Shown here piece after piece: positions 49,001 through 62,200 of a stretch of 64,000 nt of DNA. Each line of letters starts with the position of its first letter. Positions within the stretch are counted from its first letter, which is position 1. The DNA is from Eledone cirrhosa (Eukaryota), in contig OZ024740.1 in the NCBI GenBank assembly GCA_964016885.1, forward strand, positions 6,882,001 through 6,946,000, written 5' to 3'. Position numbers and translations under genes: made by a program. Below the pieces are notes generated by a model that searched no databases, was not told where the DNA came from, and saw only the letters and a list, made by a program, of their open reading frames with translations.

Positions 49001-52000
49001 TGTGAGAGATATTACCCCAAAATACTCAGATCCTAAGGCAGTGTTTGTGAGAGACATTACACCAAAATACTCAGATCCTAAGGCAGTTTTTGTGAGAGAT
49101 ATTACCCCAAAATACTCAGATCCTAAGGCAGTGTTTGTGAGAGATATTACCCCCGAAATACTCAGATCCTAAGGCAGTGTTTGTGAGAGATATTACCCCA
49201 AAATCCTCAGATCCTAAGGCAGTATTTGTGAGAGACATTACCCCAAAATATTCAGATCCTAAGGCTGTATTTGTGAGAGACATTACCCCAAAATACTGAG
49301 TTCCTAAGGCAGTATTTGTGAGAGACATTACCCCAAAATACTCAGATCCTCAGGCTGTATTTGTGAGAGACATTACCCCAAAATACTCAGATTCTAAGGC
49401 TGTATTTTTGAGAGACATTACCCCAAAATACTCAGATCCTCAGGCTGTATTTGTGTGAGACATCACCCCAAAATACTCAGATCCTAAGGTAGTGTTTGTG
49501 AGAGACATTATCCCAAAATACTCAGATTCTAAGGCTGTATTTTTGAGAGACATTACCCCAAAATACTCAGATCCTCAGGCTGTATTTGTGGGAGACATCA
49601 CCCCAAAATACTCAGATTCTAAGGTAGTGTTTGTGAGAGACATTATCCCAAAATACTCAGATCCTAAGGCTGTATTTTTGAGAGACATTACCCCAAAATA
49701 CTCAGATCGTAAGGCTGTATTTTTGAGAGACATTAACCCAAAATTCTCAGATCCTAAGGCAGTGTTTGTGAGAGACATTACCCCAAAATACGCAGATCCT
49801 AAGGCAGTATTTGTGAGAGACATTACCCCCAAAATGCTCAGATCCTAAGGCAGTGTTTGTGAGAGACATTACCCCAAAATACTCAGATCCTAAGGCAGTG
49901 TTTGTGACAGACATTACCCCAAAATACACAGATCCTAAGGTAGTATTTGTGAGAGACATTACCCCAAAATACTCAGATCCTAAGGCAGTGTTTGTGAGGG
50001 ACATTACTCAAAAATACTCAGATCCTAAGGCAGTGTTTGTGAGAGACATTACATCAAAATACTCAGATCCTAAGGCAGTGTTTGTGAGAGATATTACCCC
50101 AAAATACTCAGATCCTAAGGCAGTGTTTGTGAGAGATATTACCCCAAAATACTCAGATCCTAAGGCAGTGTTTGTGACAGACATTACCCCAAAATACACA
50201 GATCCTAAGGCAGTATTTGTGAGAGACATTACCCCAAAATATTCAGATCCTAAGGCAGTGTTTGTGAGGGACATTACCCCAAATTACTCAGATCCTAAGG
50301 CAGTATTTGTGAGAGACATTACCCCAAAATACTCAGATCCTAAGGCAGTATTTGTGAGAGACATTACCCCAAAATACTGAGATCCTAAGGCTGTATTTGT
50401 GAGAGACATTACACCAAAATACTCAGATCCTAAGGCTGTATTTGTGAGAGACATTACCCCAAAATACTCAGATCCTAAGGCAGTATTTGTGAGAGACATT
50501 ACCCCAAAATACTCAGACCCTAAGGCAGTATTTGTGAGAGACATTACCCCAAAATACTGAGATCCTAAGGCAGTGTTTGTGAGAGAAATTACCCCCAACA
50601 TACTCAGATCCTAAGGCTGTATTTGTGAGAGACATTACCCCAAAATACTCAGATCCTAAGGCTGTATTTGTGAGAGACATTACCCCAAAATACTCAGATC
50701 CTAAGGCTGTATTTGTGAGAGACAATAACCAAAAATACTCAGATCCTAAGGCAGTATTTGTGAGAGACATTACCCCAAAATGCTGAGATACTAAGGCTGT
50801 ATTTGTGAGAGACATTACCACAAAATACTCAGATCCTAAGGCAGTATTTGTGAGAGACATTACGCCAAAATACTGAGCTCCTAAGGCTGTGTTTGTGAGA
50901 GACATTACCCCAAAATACTGAGATCCTAAGGCAGTATTTGTGAGAGACGTTACCCCAAAATACTCAGATCCTAAGGCAGTGTTTGTGAGAGACATTACGC
51001 CAAAATACTCAGATCCTAAGGCTGTGTTTGTGACAGACATTACCCCAATATACTCAGATCCTAAGAGAGTGTTTGTGAGAGACATTACCCCAAAATACTC
51101 AGATCCTAAGGCAGTATTTGTGAGAGACATTACCCCAAAATACTGAGATCCTAAGGCAGTATTTGTGAGAGACATTACCCCAAAATACTCAGATCCTAAG
51201 CCAGTATTTGTGAGAGACATTACCCCCAAAATACTCAGATCCTAAGGCTGTATTTGTGAGAGACATTACCCCAAAATACTGAGATCCTAAGGCTGTATTT
51301 GTGAGAGACATTACCCCAGAATACTCAGATCCTAAGGCAGTAATTGTGAGAGACATTACACCAAAATACTCAGATCCTAAGGCTGTATTTGTGAGAGACA
51401 TTACCCCAAAATACTCAGATCCTAAGGCAGTATTTGTGAGAGACATTACCCCAAAATACTAAGATCCTAAGGCAGTATTTGTGAGAGACATTACCCCAAA
51501 ATACTCAGATCCTAAGGCTGTATTTGTGAGAGACATTACCCCAAAATACTCAGATCCTAAGGCAGTATTTGTGAGAGACATTACCCCAAAATACTCAGAC
51601 CCTAAGGCAGTATTTGTGAGAGACATTACCCCAAAATACTGAGATCCTAAGGCAGTGTTTGTGAGAGACATTACCCCCAACATACTCAGATCCTAAGGCT
51701 GTATTTGTGAGAGACATTACCCCAAAATACTGAGATCCTAAGGCTGTATTTGTGAGAGACAATAACCAAAAATACTCAGATCCTAAGGCAGTATTTGTGA
51801 GAGACATTACCCCAAAATACTGAGATCCTAAGGCTGTATTTGTGAGAGACATTACCCCAAAATACTCAGATCTTAAGGCAGTATTTGTGAGAGACATTAC
51901 GCCAAAATACTGAGCTCCTAAGGCTGTGTTTGTGAGAGACATTACCCCAAAATACTGAGATCCTAAGGCTGAGTTTGTTAGAGACATTACCCCAAAATAC

Positions 52001-52550
52001 TGAGATCCTAAGGCAGTATTTGTGAGAGACATTACCCCAAAATACTCAGATCCTAAGGCAGTGTTTGTGAGAGACATTACGCCAAAATACTCAGATCCTA
52101 AAGGCTGTGTTTGTGACAGACATTACCCCAATATACTCAGATCCTAAGAGAGTGTTTGTGAGAGACATTACCCCAAAATACTCAGATCCTAAGGCTGTAT
52201 TTGTGAGAGACATTACCCCAAAATACTGAGATTCTAAGGCTGTATTTTTGAGAGACATTACCCCAAAATACTCAGATCCTCAGGCTGTATTTGTAGGAGA
52301 CATTACCCCAAAATACTCAGATCCTAAGGTAGTGTTTGTGAGAGACATTATCCCAAAATACTCAGATCCTAAGGCTGTATTTGTGAGACACATTACCCCA
52401 AAATACTCAGATCCTAAGGCAGTATTTGTGAGAGACATTACCCCAAAATACTCAGATCCTAAGGCTGTATTTGTGAGAGACATTACCCCAAAATACTGAG
52501 ATCCTAAGGCAGTGTTTGTGAGAGACATTACGCCAAAATACTCAGATCCT
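46100..52550. repeat. Duplication with 3,791-bp offset (about 46100-48760 repeated at about 49890-52550)
   Basis: ORF pairs 46217/50008, 46722/50513, 47398/51189, 47804/51595 and 48457/52248 are all offset by 3791. Shared CCTAAAGG insertion, GAGAAATT, TGTAGGAG and GAGACACATT variants. Confidence 0.92.
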
Positions 52551-55500
52551 AAGGCTGTATTTGTGAGCGACATTACCCCCAAAATACTCAGATCCTAAGG
52601 CAGTATTTGTGAGAGACAATACCCCAAAATACTCAGATCCTAAGGCAGTATTTGGGAGAGACATTACCCCCAAAATACTCAGATCCTAAGGCTGTATTTG
52701 TGAGAGACAATACCCCAAAATACTCAGATCCTAAGGCTGTATTTGTGAGAGACAATACCCCAAAATACTCAGATCCTAAGGCAGTATTTGTGAGAGACAA
52801 TAACCCAAAATACTCAGATCCTAAGGCAGTATTTGGGAGAGACATTACCCCCAAAATACTCAGATCCTAAGGCTGTATTTGTGAGAGACAATAACCAAAA
52901 ATACTCAGATCCTAAGGCAGTATTTGTGAGAGACATTACCCCAAAATACTGAGATCCTAAGGCTGTATTTGTGAGAGACATTACCCCAAAATACTCAGAT
53001 CCTAAGGCAGTATTTGTGAGAGACATTACGCCAAAATACTGAGCTCCTAAGGCTGTGTTTGTGAGAGACATTACCCCAAAATACTGAGATCCTAAGGCTG
53101 AGTTTGTTAGAGACATTACCCCAAAATACTGAGATCCTAAGGCAGTATTTGTGAGAGACATTACCCCAAAATACTCAGATCCTAAGGCAGTGTTTGTGAG
53201 AGACATTACGCCAAAATACTCAGATCCTAAGGCTGTGTTTGTGACAGACATTACCCCAATATACTCAGATCCTAAGAGAGTGTTTGTGAGAGACATTACC
53301 CCAAAATACTCAGATCCTAAGGCAGTATTTGTGAGAGACATTACCCCAAAATACTGAGATCCTAAGGCAGTATTAGTGAGAGACATTACCCCAAAATACT
53401 CAGATCCTAAGGCTGTATTTGTGAGAGACATTACCCCAAAATACTCAGATCCTAAGGCTGTATTTGTGAGAGACATTACCCCAGAATACTCAGATCCTAA
53501 GGCAGTAATTGTGAGAGACATTACACCAAAATACTCAGATCCTAAGGCTGTATTTGTGAGAGACATTACCCCAAAATACTCAGATCCTAAGGCAGTATTT
53601 GTGAGAGACATTACCCCAAAATACTAAGATCCTAAGGCAGTATTTGTGAGAGACATTACCCCAAAATACTCAGATCCTAAGGCTGTATTTGTGAGAGACA
53701 TTACCCCAAAATACTCAGATACTAAGGCAGTATTTGTGAGAGACATTACCCCAAAATACTCAGACCCTAAGGCAGTATTTGTGAGAGACATTACCCCAAA
53801 ATACTGAGATCCTAAGGCAGTGTTTGTGAGAGACATTACCCCCAACATACTCAGATCCTAAGGCTGTATTTGTGAGAGACATTACCCCAAAATACTCAGA
53901 TCCTAAGGCTGTATTTGTGAGAGACAATAACCAAAAATACTCAGATCCTAAAGCAGTATTTGTGAGAGACATTACCCCAAAATACTCAGATCCTAAGGCT
54001 GTATTTGTGAGAGACAATAACCAAAAATACTCAGATCCTAAGGCAGTATTTGTGAGAGACATTACCCCAAAATACTCAGATCCTAAGGCAGTTTTTGTGA
54101 GAGACATTACGCCAAAATACTGAGCTCCTAAGGCTGTGTTTGTGAGAGACATTACCCCAAAATACTGAGATCCTAAGGCTGAGTTTGTTAGAGACATTAC
54201 CCCAAAATACTGTGATCCTAAGGCAGTATTTGTGAGAGACATTACCCCAAAATACTCAGATCCTAAGGCAGTGTTTGTGAGAGACATTACGCCAAAATAC
54301 TCAGATCCTAAGGCTGTGTTTGTGACAGACATTACCCCAATATATTCAGATCCTAAGAGAGTGTTTGTGAGAGACATTACCCCAAAATACTCAGATCCTA
54401 AGGCTGTATTTGTGAGAGACATTACCCCAAAATACTGAGATTCTAAGGCTGTATTTTTGAGAGACATTACCCCAAAATACTCAGATCCTAAGGTAGTGTT
54501 TGTGAGAGACATTATCCCAAAATACTCAGATCCTCAGGCTGTATTTGTGGGAGACATTACCCCAAAATACTCAGATCCTAAGGTAGTGTTTGTGAGAGAC
54601 ATTATCCCAAAATACTCAGATCCTAAGGCTATATTTGTGCGAGACATTACCCCAAAATACTCAGATCCTAAGGCAGTATTTGTGAGAGACATTACCCCAA
54701 AATACTCAGATCCTAAGGCTGTATTTGTGAGAGACATTACCCCAAAATACTGAGATCCTAAGGCAGTGTTTGTGAGAGACATTACGCCAAAATACTCAGA
54801 TCCTAAGGCTGTACTTGTGAGAGACATTACCCCAAAATACTCAGATCCTAAGGCAGTGTTTGTGAGGGACATTACCCAAAAATACTCAGATCCTAAGGCA
54901 GTATTTGTGAGAGACATTACCCCAAAATACTCAGATCCCAAGGCAGTGTTTGTGAGAGACATTACCCCAAAATACTCAGATCCTAAGGCTGTGTTTGTGA
55001 GAGATATTACCCCAAAATACTCAGATCCTAAGGCAGTGTTTGTGAGAGACATTACACCAAAATACTCAGATCCTAAGGCAGTGTTTGTGAGAGATATTAC
55101 CCCAAAATACTCAGATCCTAAGGCAGTGTTTGTGACAGACATTACCCCAAAATACACAGATACTAAGGCAGTATTTGTGAGAGACATTACCCCAAAATAC
55201 TCAGATCAGATCCTAAGGCAGTATTTGTGAGGGACATTACCCCAAAATACTCAGATCCTAAGGCAGTATTTGTGAGAGACATTACCCCAAAATACTCAGA
55301 TCCCAAGGCAGTGTTTGTGAGAGACATTACCCCAAAATACTCAGATCCTAAGGCTGTGTTTGTGAGAGATATTACCCCAAAATACTCAGATCCTAAGGCA
55401 GTGTTTGTGAGAGACATTACACCAAAATACTCAGATCCTAAGGCAGTTTTTGTGAGAGATATTACCCCAAAATACTCAGATCCTAAGGCAGTGTTTGTGA

Positions 55501-56260
55501 GAGATATTACCCCCGAAATACTCAGATCCTAAGGCAGTGTTTGTGAGAGATATTACCCCAAAATCCTCAGATCCTAAGGCAGTATTTGTGAGAGACATTA
55601 CCCCAAAATATTCAGATCCTAAGGCTGTATTTGTGAGAGACATTACCCCAAAATACTGAGTTCCTAAGGCAGTATTTGTGAGAGACATTACCCCAAAATA
55701 CTCAGATCCTCAGGCTGTATTTGTGAGAGACATTACCCCAAAATACTCAGATTCTAAGGCTGTATTTTTGAGAGACATTACCCCAAAATACTCAGATCCT
55801 CAGGCTGTATTTGTGTGAGACATCACCCCAAAATACTCAGATCCTAAGGTAGTGTTTGTGAGAGACATTATCCCAAAATACTCAGATTTTAAGGCTGTAT
55901 TTTTGAGAGACATTACCCCAAAATACTCAGATCCTCAGGCTGTATTTGTGGGAGACATCACCCCAAAATACTCAGATTCTAAGGTAGTGTTTGTGAGAGA
56001 CATTATCCCAAAATACTCAGATCCTAAGGCTGTATTTTTGAGAGACATTACCCCAAAATACTCAGATCGTAAGGCTGTATTTTTGAGAGACATTAACCCA
56101 AAATTCTCAGATCCTAAGGCAGTGTTTGTGAGAGACATTACCCCAAAATACGCAGATCCTAAGGCAGTATTTGTGAGAGACATTACCCCCAAAATGCTCA
56201 GATCCTAAGGCAGTGTTTGTGAGAGACATTACCCCAAAATACTCAGATCCTAAGGCAGTG
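48750..56260. repeat. Duplicated block with 6,360-bp offset (about 48750-49900 repeated at about 55110-56260)
   Basis: ORF pairs 48827/55187, 48867/55227, 49116/55476 and 49492/55852 are offset by 6360. Both copies carry the 5-nt duplication TCAGATCAGATCC. Confidence 0.9.
53400..56144. repeat. Diverged HOR-A-like copy preceding the second HOR-A cluster
   Basis: ORFs 53760..54512, 53872, 54232 and 54457 mirror 56871..57623, 56983, 57343 and 57568 at offset 3111. This copy lacks the CAATAC/TTTGGG monomer block. Confidence 0.8.
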
Positions 56261-59200
56261 TTTGTGAGAGACATTACCCCAAAATACTCAGATCCTAAGG
56301 CAGTGTTTGTGAGATACATTACCCCAAAATACTCAGATTCTAAGGCAGTGTTTGTGAGACTATTACCCCAAAATACTCAGATACTAAGTCAGTTTTTGTG
56401 AGAGATATTACCCCAAAATACTCAGATCCTAAGGCAGTGTTTGTGAGATACATTACCGCAAAATACTCAGATCGTAAGGCAGTGTTTGTGAGAGATATTA
56501 CCCCAAAATACTCAGATCCTAAGGCATCGTTTGTGAGAGACATTACCCCAAAATACTCAGATCCTAAGGCTGTATTTGTGAGAGACATTACCCCAGAATA
56601 CTCAGATCCTAAGGCAGTAATTGTGAGAGACATTACACCAAAATACTCAGATCCTAAGGCTGTATTTGTGAGAGACATTACCCCAAAATACTCAGATCCT
56701 AAGGCAGTATTTGTGAGAGACATTACCCCAAAATACTAAGATCCTAAGGCAGTATTTGTGAGAGACATTACCCCAAAATACTCAGATCCTAAGGCTGTAT
56801 TTGTGAGAGACATTACCCCAAAATACTCAGATCCTAAGGCAGTATTTTGAGAGACATTACCCCAAAATACTCAGACCCTAAGGCAGTATTTATGAGAGAC
56901 ATTACCCCAAAATACTGAGATCCTAAGGCAGTGTTTGTGAGAGACATTACCCCCAACATACTCAGATCCTAAGGCTGTATTTGTGAGAGACATTACCCCA
57001 AAATACTCAGATCCTAAGGCTGTATTTGTGAGAGACAATAACCAAAAATACTCAGATCCTAAAGCAGTATTTGTGAGAGACATTACCCCAAAATACTCAG
57101 ATCCTAAGGCTGTATTTGTGAGAGACAATAACCAAAAATACTCAGATCCTAAGGCAGTATTTGTGAGAGACATTACCCCAAAATACTCAGATACTAAGGC
57201 AGTATTTGTGAGAGACATTACGCCAAAATACTGAGCTCCTAAGGCTGTGTTTGTGAGAGACATTACCCCAAAATACTGAGATCCTAAGGCTGAGTTTGTT
57301 AGAGACATTACCCCAAAATACTGAGATCCTAAGGCAGTATTTGTGAGAGACATTACCCCAAAATACTCAGATCCTAAGGCAGTGTTTGTGAGAGACATTA
57401 CGCCAAAATACTCAGATCCTAAGGCTGTGTTTGTGACAGACATTACCCCAATATACTCAGATCCTAAGAGAGTGTTTGTGAGAGACATTACCCCAAAATA
57501 CTCAGATCCTAAGGCTGTATTTGTGAGAGGCATTACCCCAAAATACTGAGATTCTAAGGCTGTATTTTTGAGAGACATTACCCCAAAATACTCAGATCCT
57601 AAGGTAGTGTTTGTGAGAGACATTATCCCAAAATACTCAGATCCTCAGGCTGTATTTGTGGGAGACATTACCCCAAAATACTCAGATCCTAAGGTAGTGT
57701 TTGTGAGAGACATTATCCCAAAATACTCAGATCCTAAGGCTGTATTTGTGCGAGACATTACCCAAAAATACTCAGATCCTAAGGCAGTATTTGTGAGAGA
57801 CATTACGCCAAAATACTCAGATCCCAAGGCAGTGTTTGTGAGAGACATTACCCCAAAATACTCAGATCCTAAGGCTGTGTTTGTGAGAGATATTACCCCA
57901 AAATACTCAGATCCTAAGGCAGTGTTTGTGAGAGACATTACACCAAAATACTCAGATCCTAAGGCTGTATTTGTGAGAGACAATACCCCAAAATACTCAG
58001 ATCCTAAGGCTGTATTTGTGAGAGACAATACCCCAAAATACTCAGATCCTAAGGCAGTATTTGTGAGAGACAATAACCCAAAATACTCAGATCCTAAGGT
58101 AGTATTTGGGAGAGACATTACCCCCAAAATACTCAGATCCTAAGGCTGTACTTGTGAGAGACATTACCCCAAAATACTCATATCCTAAGGCAGTGTTTGT
58201 GAGGGACATTACCCAAAAATACTCAGATCCTAAGGCAGTATTTGTGAGAGACATTACCCCAAAATACTCAGATCCCAAGGCAGTGTTTGTGAGAGACATT
58301 ACCCCAAAATACTCAGATCCTAAGGCTGTGTTTGTGAGAGATATTACCCCAAACTACTCAGATCCTAAGGCAGTGTTTGTGAGAGACATTACACCAAAAT
58401 ACTCAGATCCTAAGGCAGTGTTTGGAGAGATATTACCCCAAAATACTCAGATCCTAAGGCAGTGTTTGTGACAGACATTACCCCAAAATACACAGATACT
58501 AAGGCAGTATTTGTGAGAGACATTACCCCAAAATACTCAGATCCTAAGGCAGTGTTTGTGAGGGACATTACCCCCAAATACTCAGATCCTAAGGCAGTAT
58601 TTGTGAGAGACATTACCCCAAAATACTCAGATCCCAAGGCAGTGTTTGTGAGAGACATTACCCCAAAATACTCAGATCCTAAGGCTGTGTTTGTGAGAGA
58701 TATTACCCCAAAATACTCAGATCCTAAGGCAGTGTTTGTGAGAGACATTACACCAAAATACTCAGATCCTAAGGCAGTTTTTGTGAGAGATATTACCCCA
58801 AAATACTCAGATCCTAAGGCAGTGTTTGTGAGAGATATTACCCCCGAAATACTCAGATCCTAAGGCAGTGTTTGTGAGAGACATTACCCCAAAATATTCA
58901 GATCCTAAGGCTGTATTTGTGAGAGACATTACCCCAAAATACTGAGTTCCTAAGGCAGTATTTGTGAGAGACATTACCCCAAAATACTCAGATCCTCAGG
59001 CTGTATTTGTGAGAGACATTACCCCAAAATACTCAGATTCTAAGGCTGTATTTTTGAGAGACATTACCCCAAAATACTCAGATCCTCAGGCTGTATTTGT
59101 GTGAGACATCACCCCAAAATACTCAGATCCTAAGGTAGTGTTTGTGAGAGACATTATCCCAAAATACTCAGATTCTAAGGCTGTATTTTTGAGAGACATT

Positions 59201-62200
59201 ACCCCAAAATACTCAGATCCTCAGGCTGTATTTGTGGGAGACATCACCCCAAAATACTCAGATTCTAAGGTAGTGTTTGTGAGAGACATTATCCCAAAAT
59301 ACTCAGATCCTAAGGCTGTATTTTTGAGAGACATTACCCCAAAATACTCAGATCGTAAGGCTGTATTTTTGAGAGACATTAACCCAAAATTCTCAGATCC
59401 TAAGGCAGTGTTTGTGAGAGACATTACCCCAAAATACGCAGATCCTAAGGCAGTATTTGTGAGAGACATTACCCCCAAAATGGTCAGATCCTAAGGCAGT
59501 GTTTGTGAGAGACATTACCCCAAAATACTCAGATCCTAAGGCAGTGTTTGTGAGAGACATTACCCCAAAATACTCAGATCCTAAGGCAGTGTTTGTGAGA
59601 TACATTACCCCAAAATACTCAGATTCTAAGGCAGTGTTTGTGAGACTATTACCCCAAAATACTCAGATACTAAGTCAGTTTTTGTGAGAGATATTACCCC
59701 AAAATACTCAGATCCTAAGGCAGTGTTTGTGAGATACATTACCGCAAAATACTCAGATCGTAAGGCAGTGTTTGTGAGAGATATTACCCCAAAATACTCA
59801 GATCCTAAGGCATCGTTTGTGAGAGACATTACCCCAAAATACTCAGATCCTAAGGCTGTATTTGTGAGAGACATTACCCCAGAATACTCAGATCCTAAGG
59901 CAGTAATTGTGAGAGACATTACACCAAAATACTCAGATCCTAAGGCTGTATTTGTGAGAGACATTACCCCAAAATACTCAGATCCTAAGGCAGTATTTGT
60001 GAGAGACATTACCCCAAAATACTAAGATCCTAAGGCAGTATTTGTGAGAGACATTACCCCAAAATACTCAGATCCTAAGGCTGTATTTGTGAGAGACATT
60101 ACCCCAAAATACTCAGATCCTAAGGCAGTATTTTGAGAGACATTACCCCAAAATACTCAGACCCTAAGGCAGTATTTATGAGAGACATTACCCCAAAATA
60201 CTGAGATCCTAAGGCAGTGTTTGTGAGAGACATTACCCCCAACATACTCAGATCCTAAGGCTGTATTTGTGAGAGACATTACCCCAAAATACTCAGATCC
60301 TAAGGCTGTATTTGTGAGAGACAATAACCAAAAATACTCAGATCCTAAAGCAGTATTTGTGAGAGACATTACCCCAAAATACTCAGATCCTAAGGCTGTA
60401 TTTGTGAGAGACAATAACCAAAAATACTCAGATCCTAAGGCAGTATTTGTGAGAGACATTACCCCAAAATACTCAGATACTAAGGCAGTATTTGTGAGAG
60501 ACATTACGCCAAAATACTGAGCTCCTAAGGCTGTGTTTGTGAGAGACATTACCCCAAAATACTGAGATCCTAAGGCTGAGTTTGTTAGAGACATTAGCCC
60601 AAAATACTGAGATCCTAAGGCAGTATTTGTGAGAGACATTACCCCAAAATACTCAGATCCTAAGGCAGTGTTTGTGAGAGACATTACGCCAAAATACTCA
60701 GATCCTAAGGCTGTGTTTGTGACAGACATTACCCCAATATACTCAGATCCTAAGAGAGTGTTTGTGAGAGACATTACCCCAAAATACTCAGATCCTAAGG
60801 CTGTATTTGTGAGAGGCATTACCCCAAAATACTGAGATTCTAAGGCTGTATTTTTGAGAGACATTACCCCAAAATACTCAGATCCTAAGGTAGTGTTTGT
60901 GAGAGACATTATCCCAAAATACTCAGATCCTCAGGCTGTATTTGTGGGAGACATTACCCCAAAATACTCAGATCCTAAGGTAGTGTTTGTGAGAGACATT
61001 ATCCCAAAATACTCAGATCCTAAGGCTGTATTTGTGCGAGACATTACCCAAAAATACTCAGATCCTAAGGCAGTATTTGTGAGAGACATTACGCCAAAAT
61101 ACTCAGATCCCAAGGCAGTGTTTGTGAGAGACATTACCCCAAAATACTCAGATCCTAAGGCTGTGTTTGTGAGAGATATTACCCCAAAATACTCAGATCC
61201 TAAGGCAGTGTTTGTGAGAGACATTACACCAAAATACTCAGATCCTAAGGCTGTATTTGTGAGAGACAATACCCCAAAATACTCAGATCCTAAGGCTGTA
61301 TTTGTGAGAGACAATACCCCAAAATACTCAGATCCTAAGGCAGTATTTGTGAGAGACAATAACCCAAAATACTCAGATCCTAAGGTAGTATTTGGGAGAG
61401 ACATTACCCCCAAAATACTCAGATCCTAAGGCTGTACTTGTGAGAGACATTACCCCAAAATACTCAGATCCTAAGGCAGTGTTTGTGAGGGACATTACCC
61501 AAAAATACTCAGATCCTAAGGCAGTATTTGTGAGAGACATTACCCCAAAATACTCAGATCCCAAGGCAGTGTTTGTGAGAGACATTACCCCAAAATACTC
61601 AGATCCTAAGGCTGTGTTTGTGAGAGATATTACCCCAAACTACTCAGATCCTAAGGCAGTGTTTGTGAGAGACATTACACCAAAATACTCAGATCCTAAG
61701 GCAGTGTTTGGAGAGATATTACCCCAAAATACTCAGATCCTAAGGCAGTGTTTGTGACAGACATTACCCCAAAATACACAGATACTAAGGCAGTATTTGT
61801 GAGAGACATTACCCCAAAATACTCAGATCCTAAGGCAGTGTTTGTGAGGGACATTACCCCCAAATACTCAGATCCTAAGGCAGTATTTGTGAGAGACATT
61901 ACCCCAAAATACTCAGATCCCAAGGCAGTGTTTGTGAGAGACATTACCCCAAAATACTCAGATCCTAAGGCTGTGTTTGTGAGAGATATTACCCCAAAAT
62001 ACTCAGATCCTAAGGCAGTGTTTGTGAGAGACATTACACCAAAATACTCAGATCCTAAGGCAGTTTTTGTGAGAGATATTACCCCAAAATACTCAGATCC
62101 TAAGGCAGTGTTTGTGAGAGATATTACCCCCGAAATACTCAGATCCTAAGGCAGTGTTTGTGAGAGATATTACCCCAAAATACTCAGATCCTAAGGCAGT

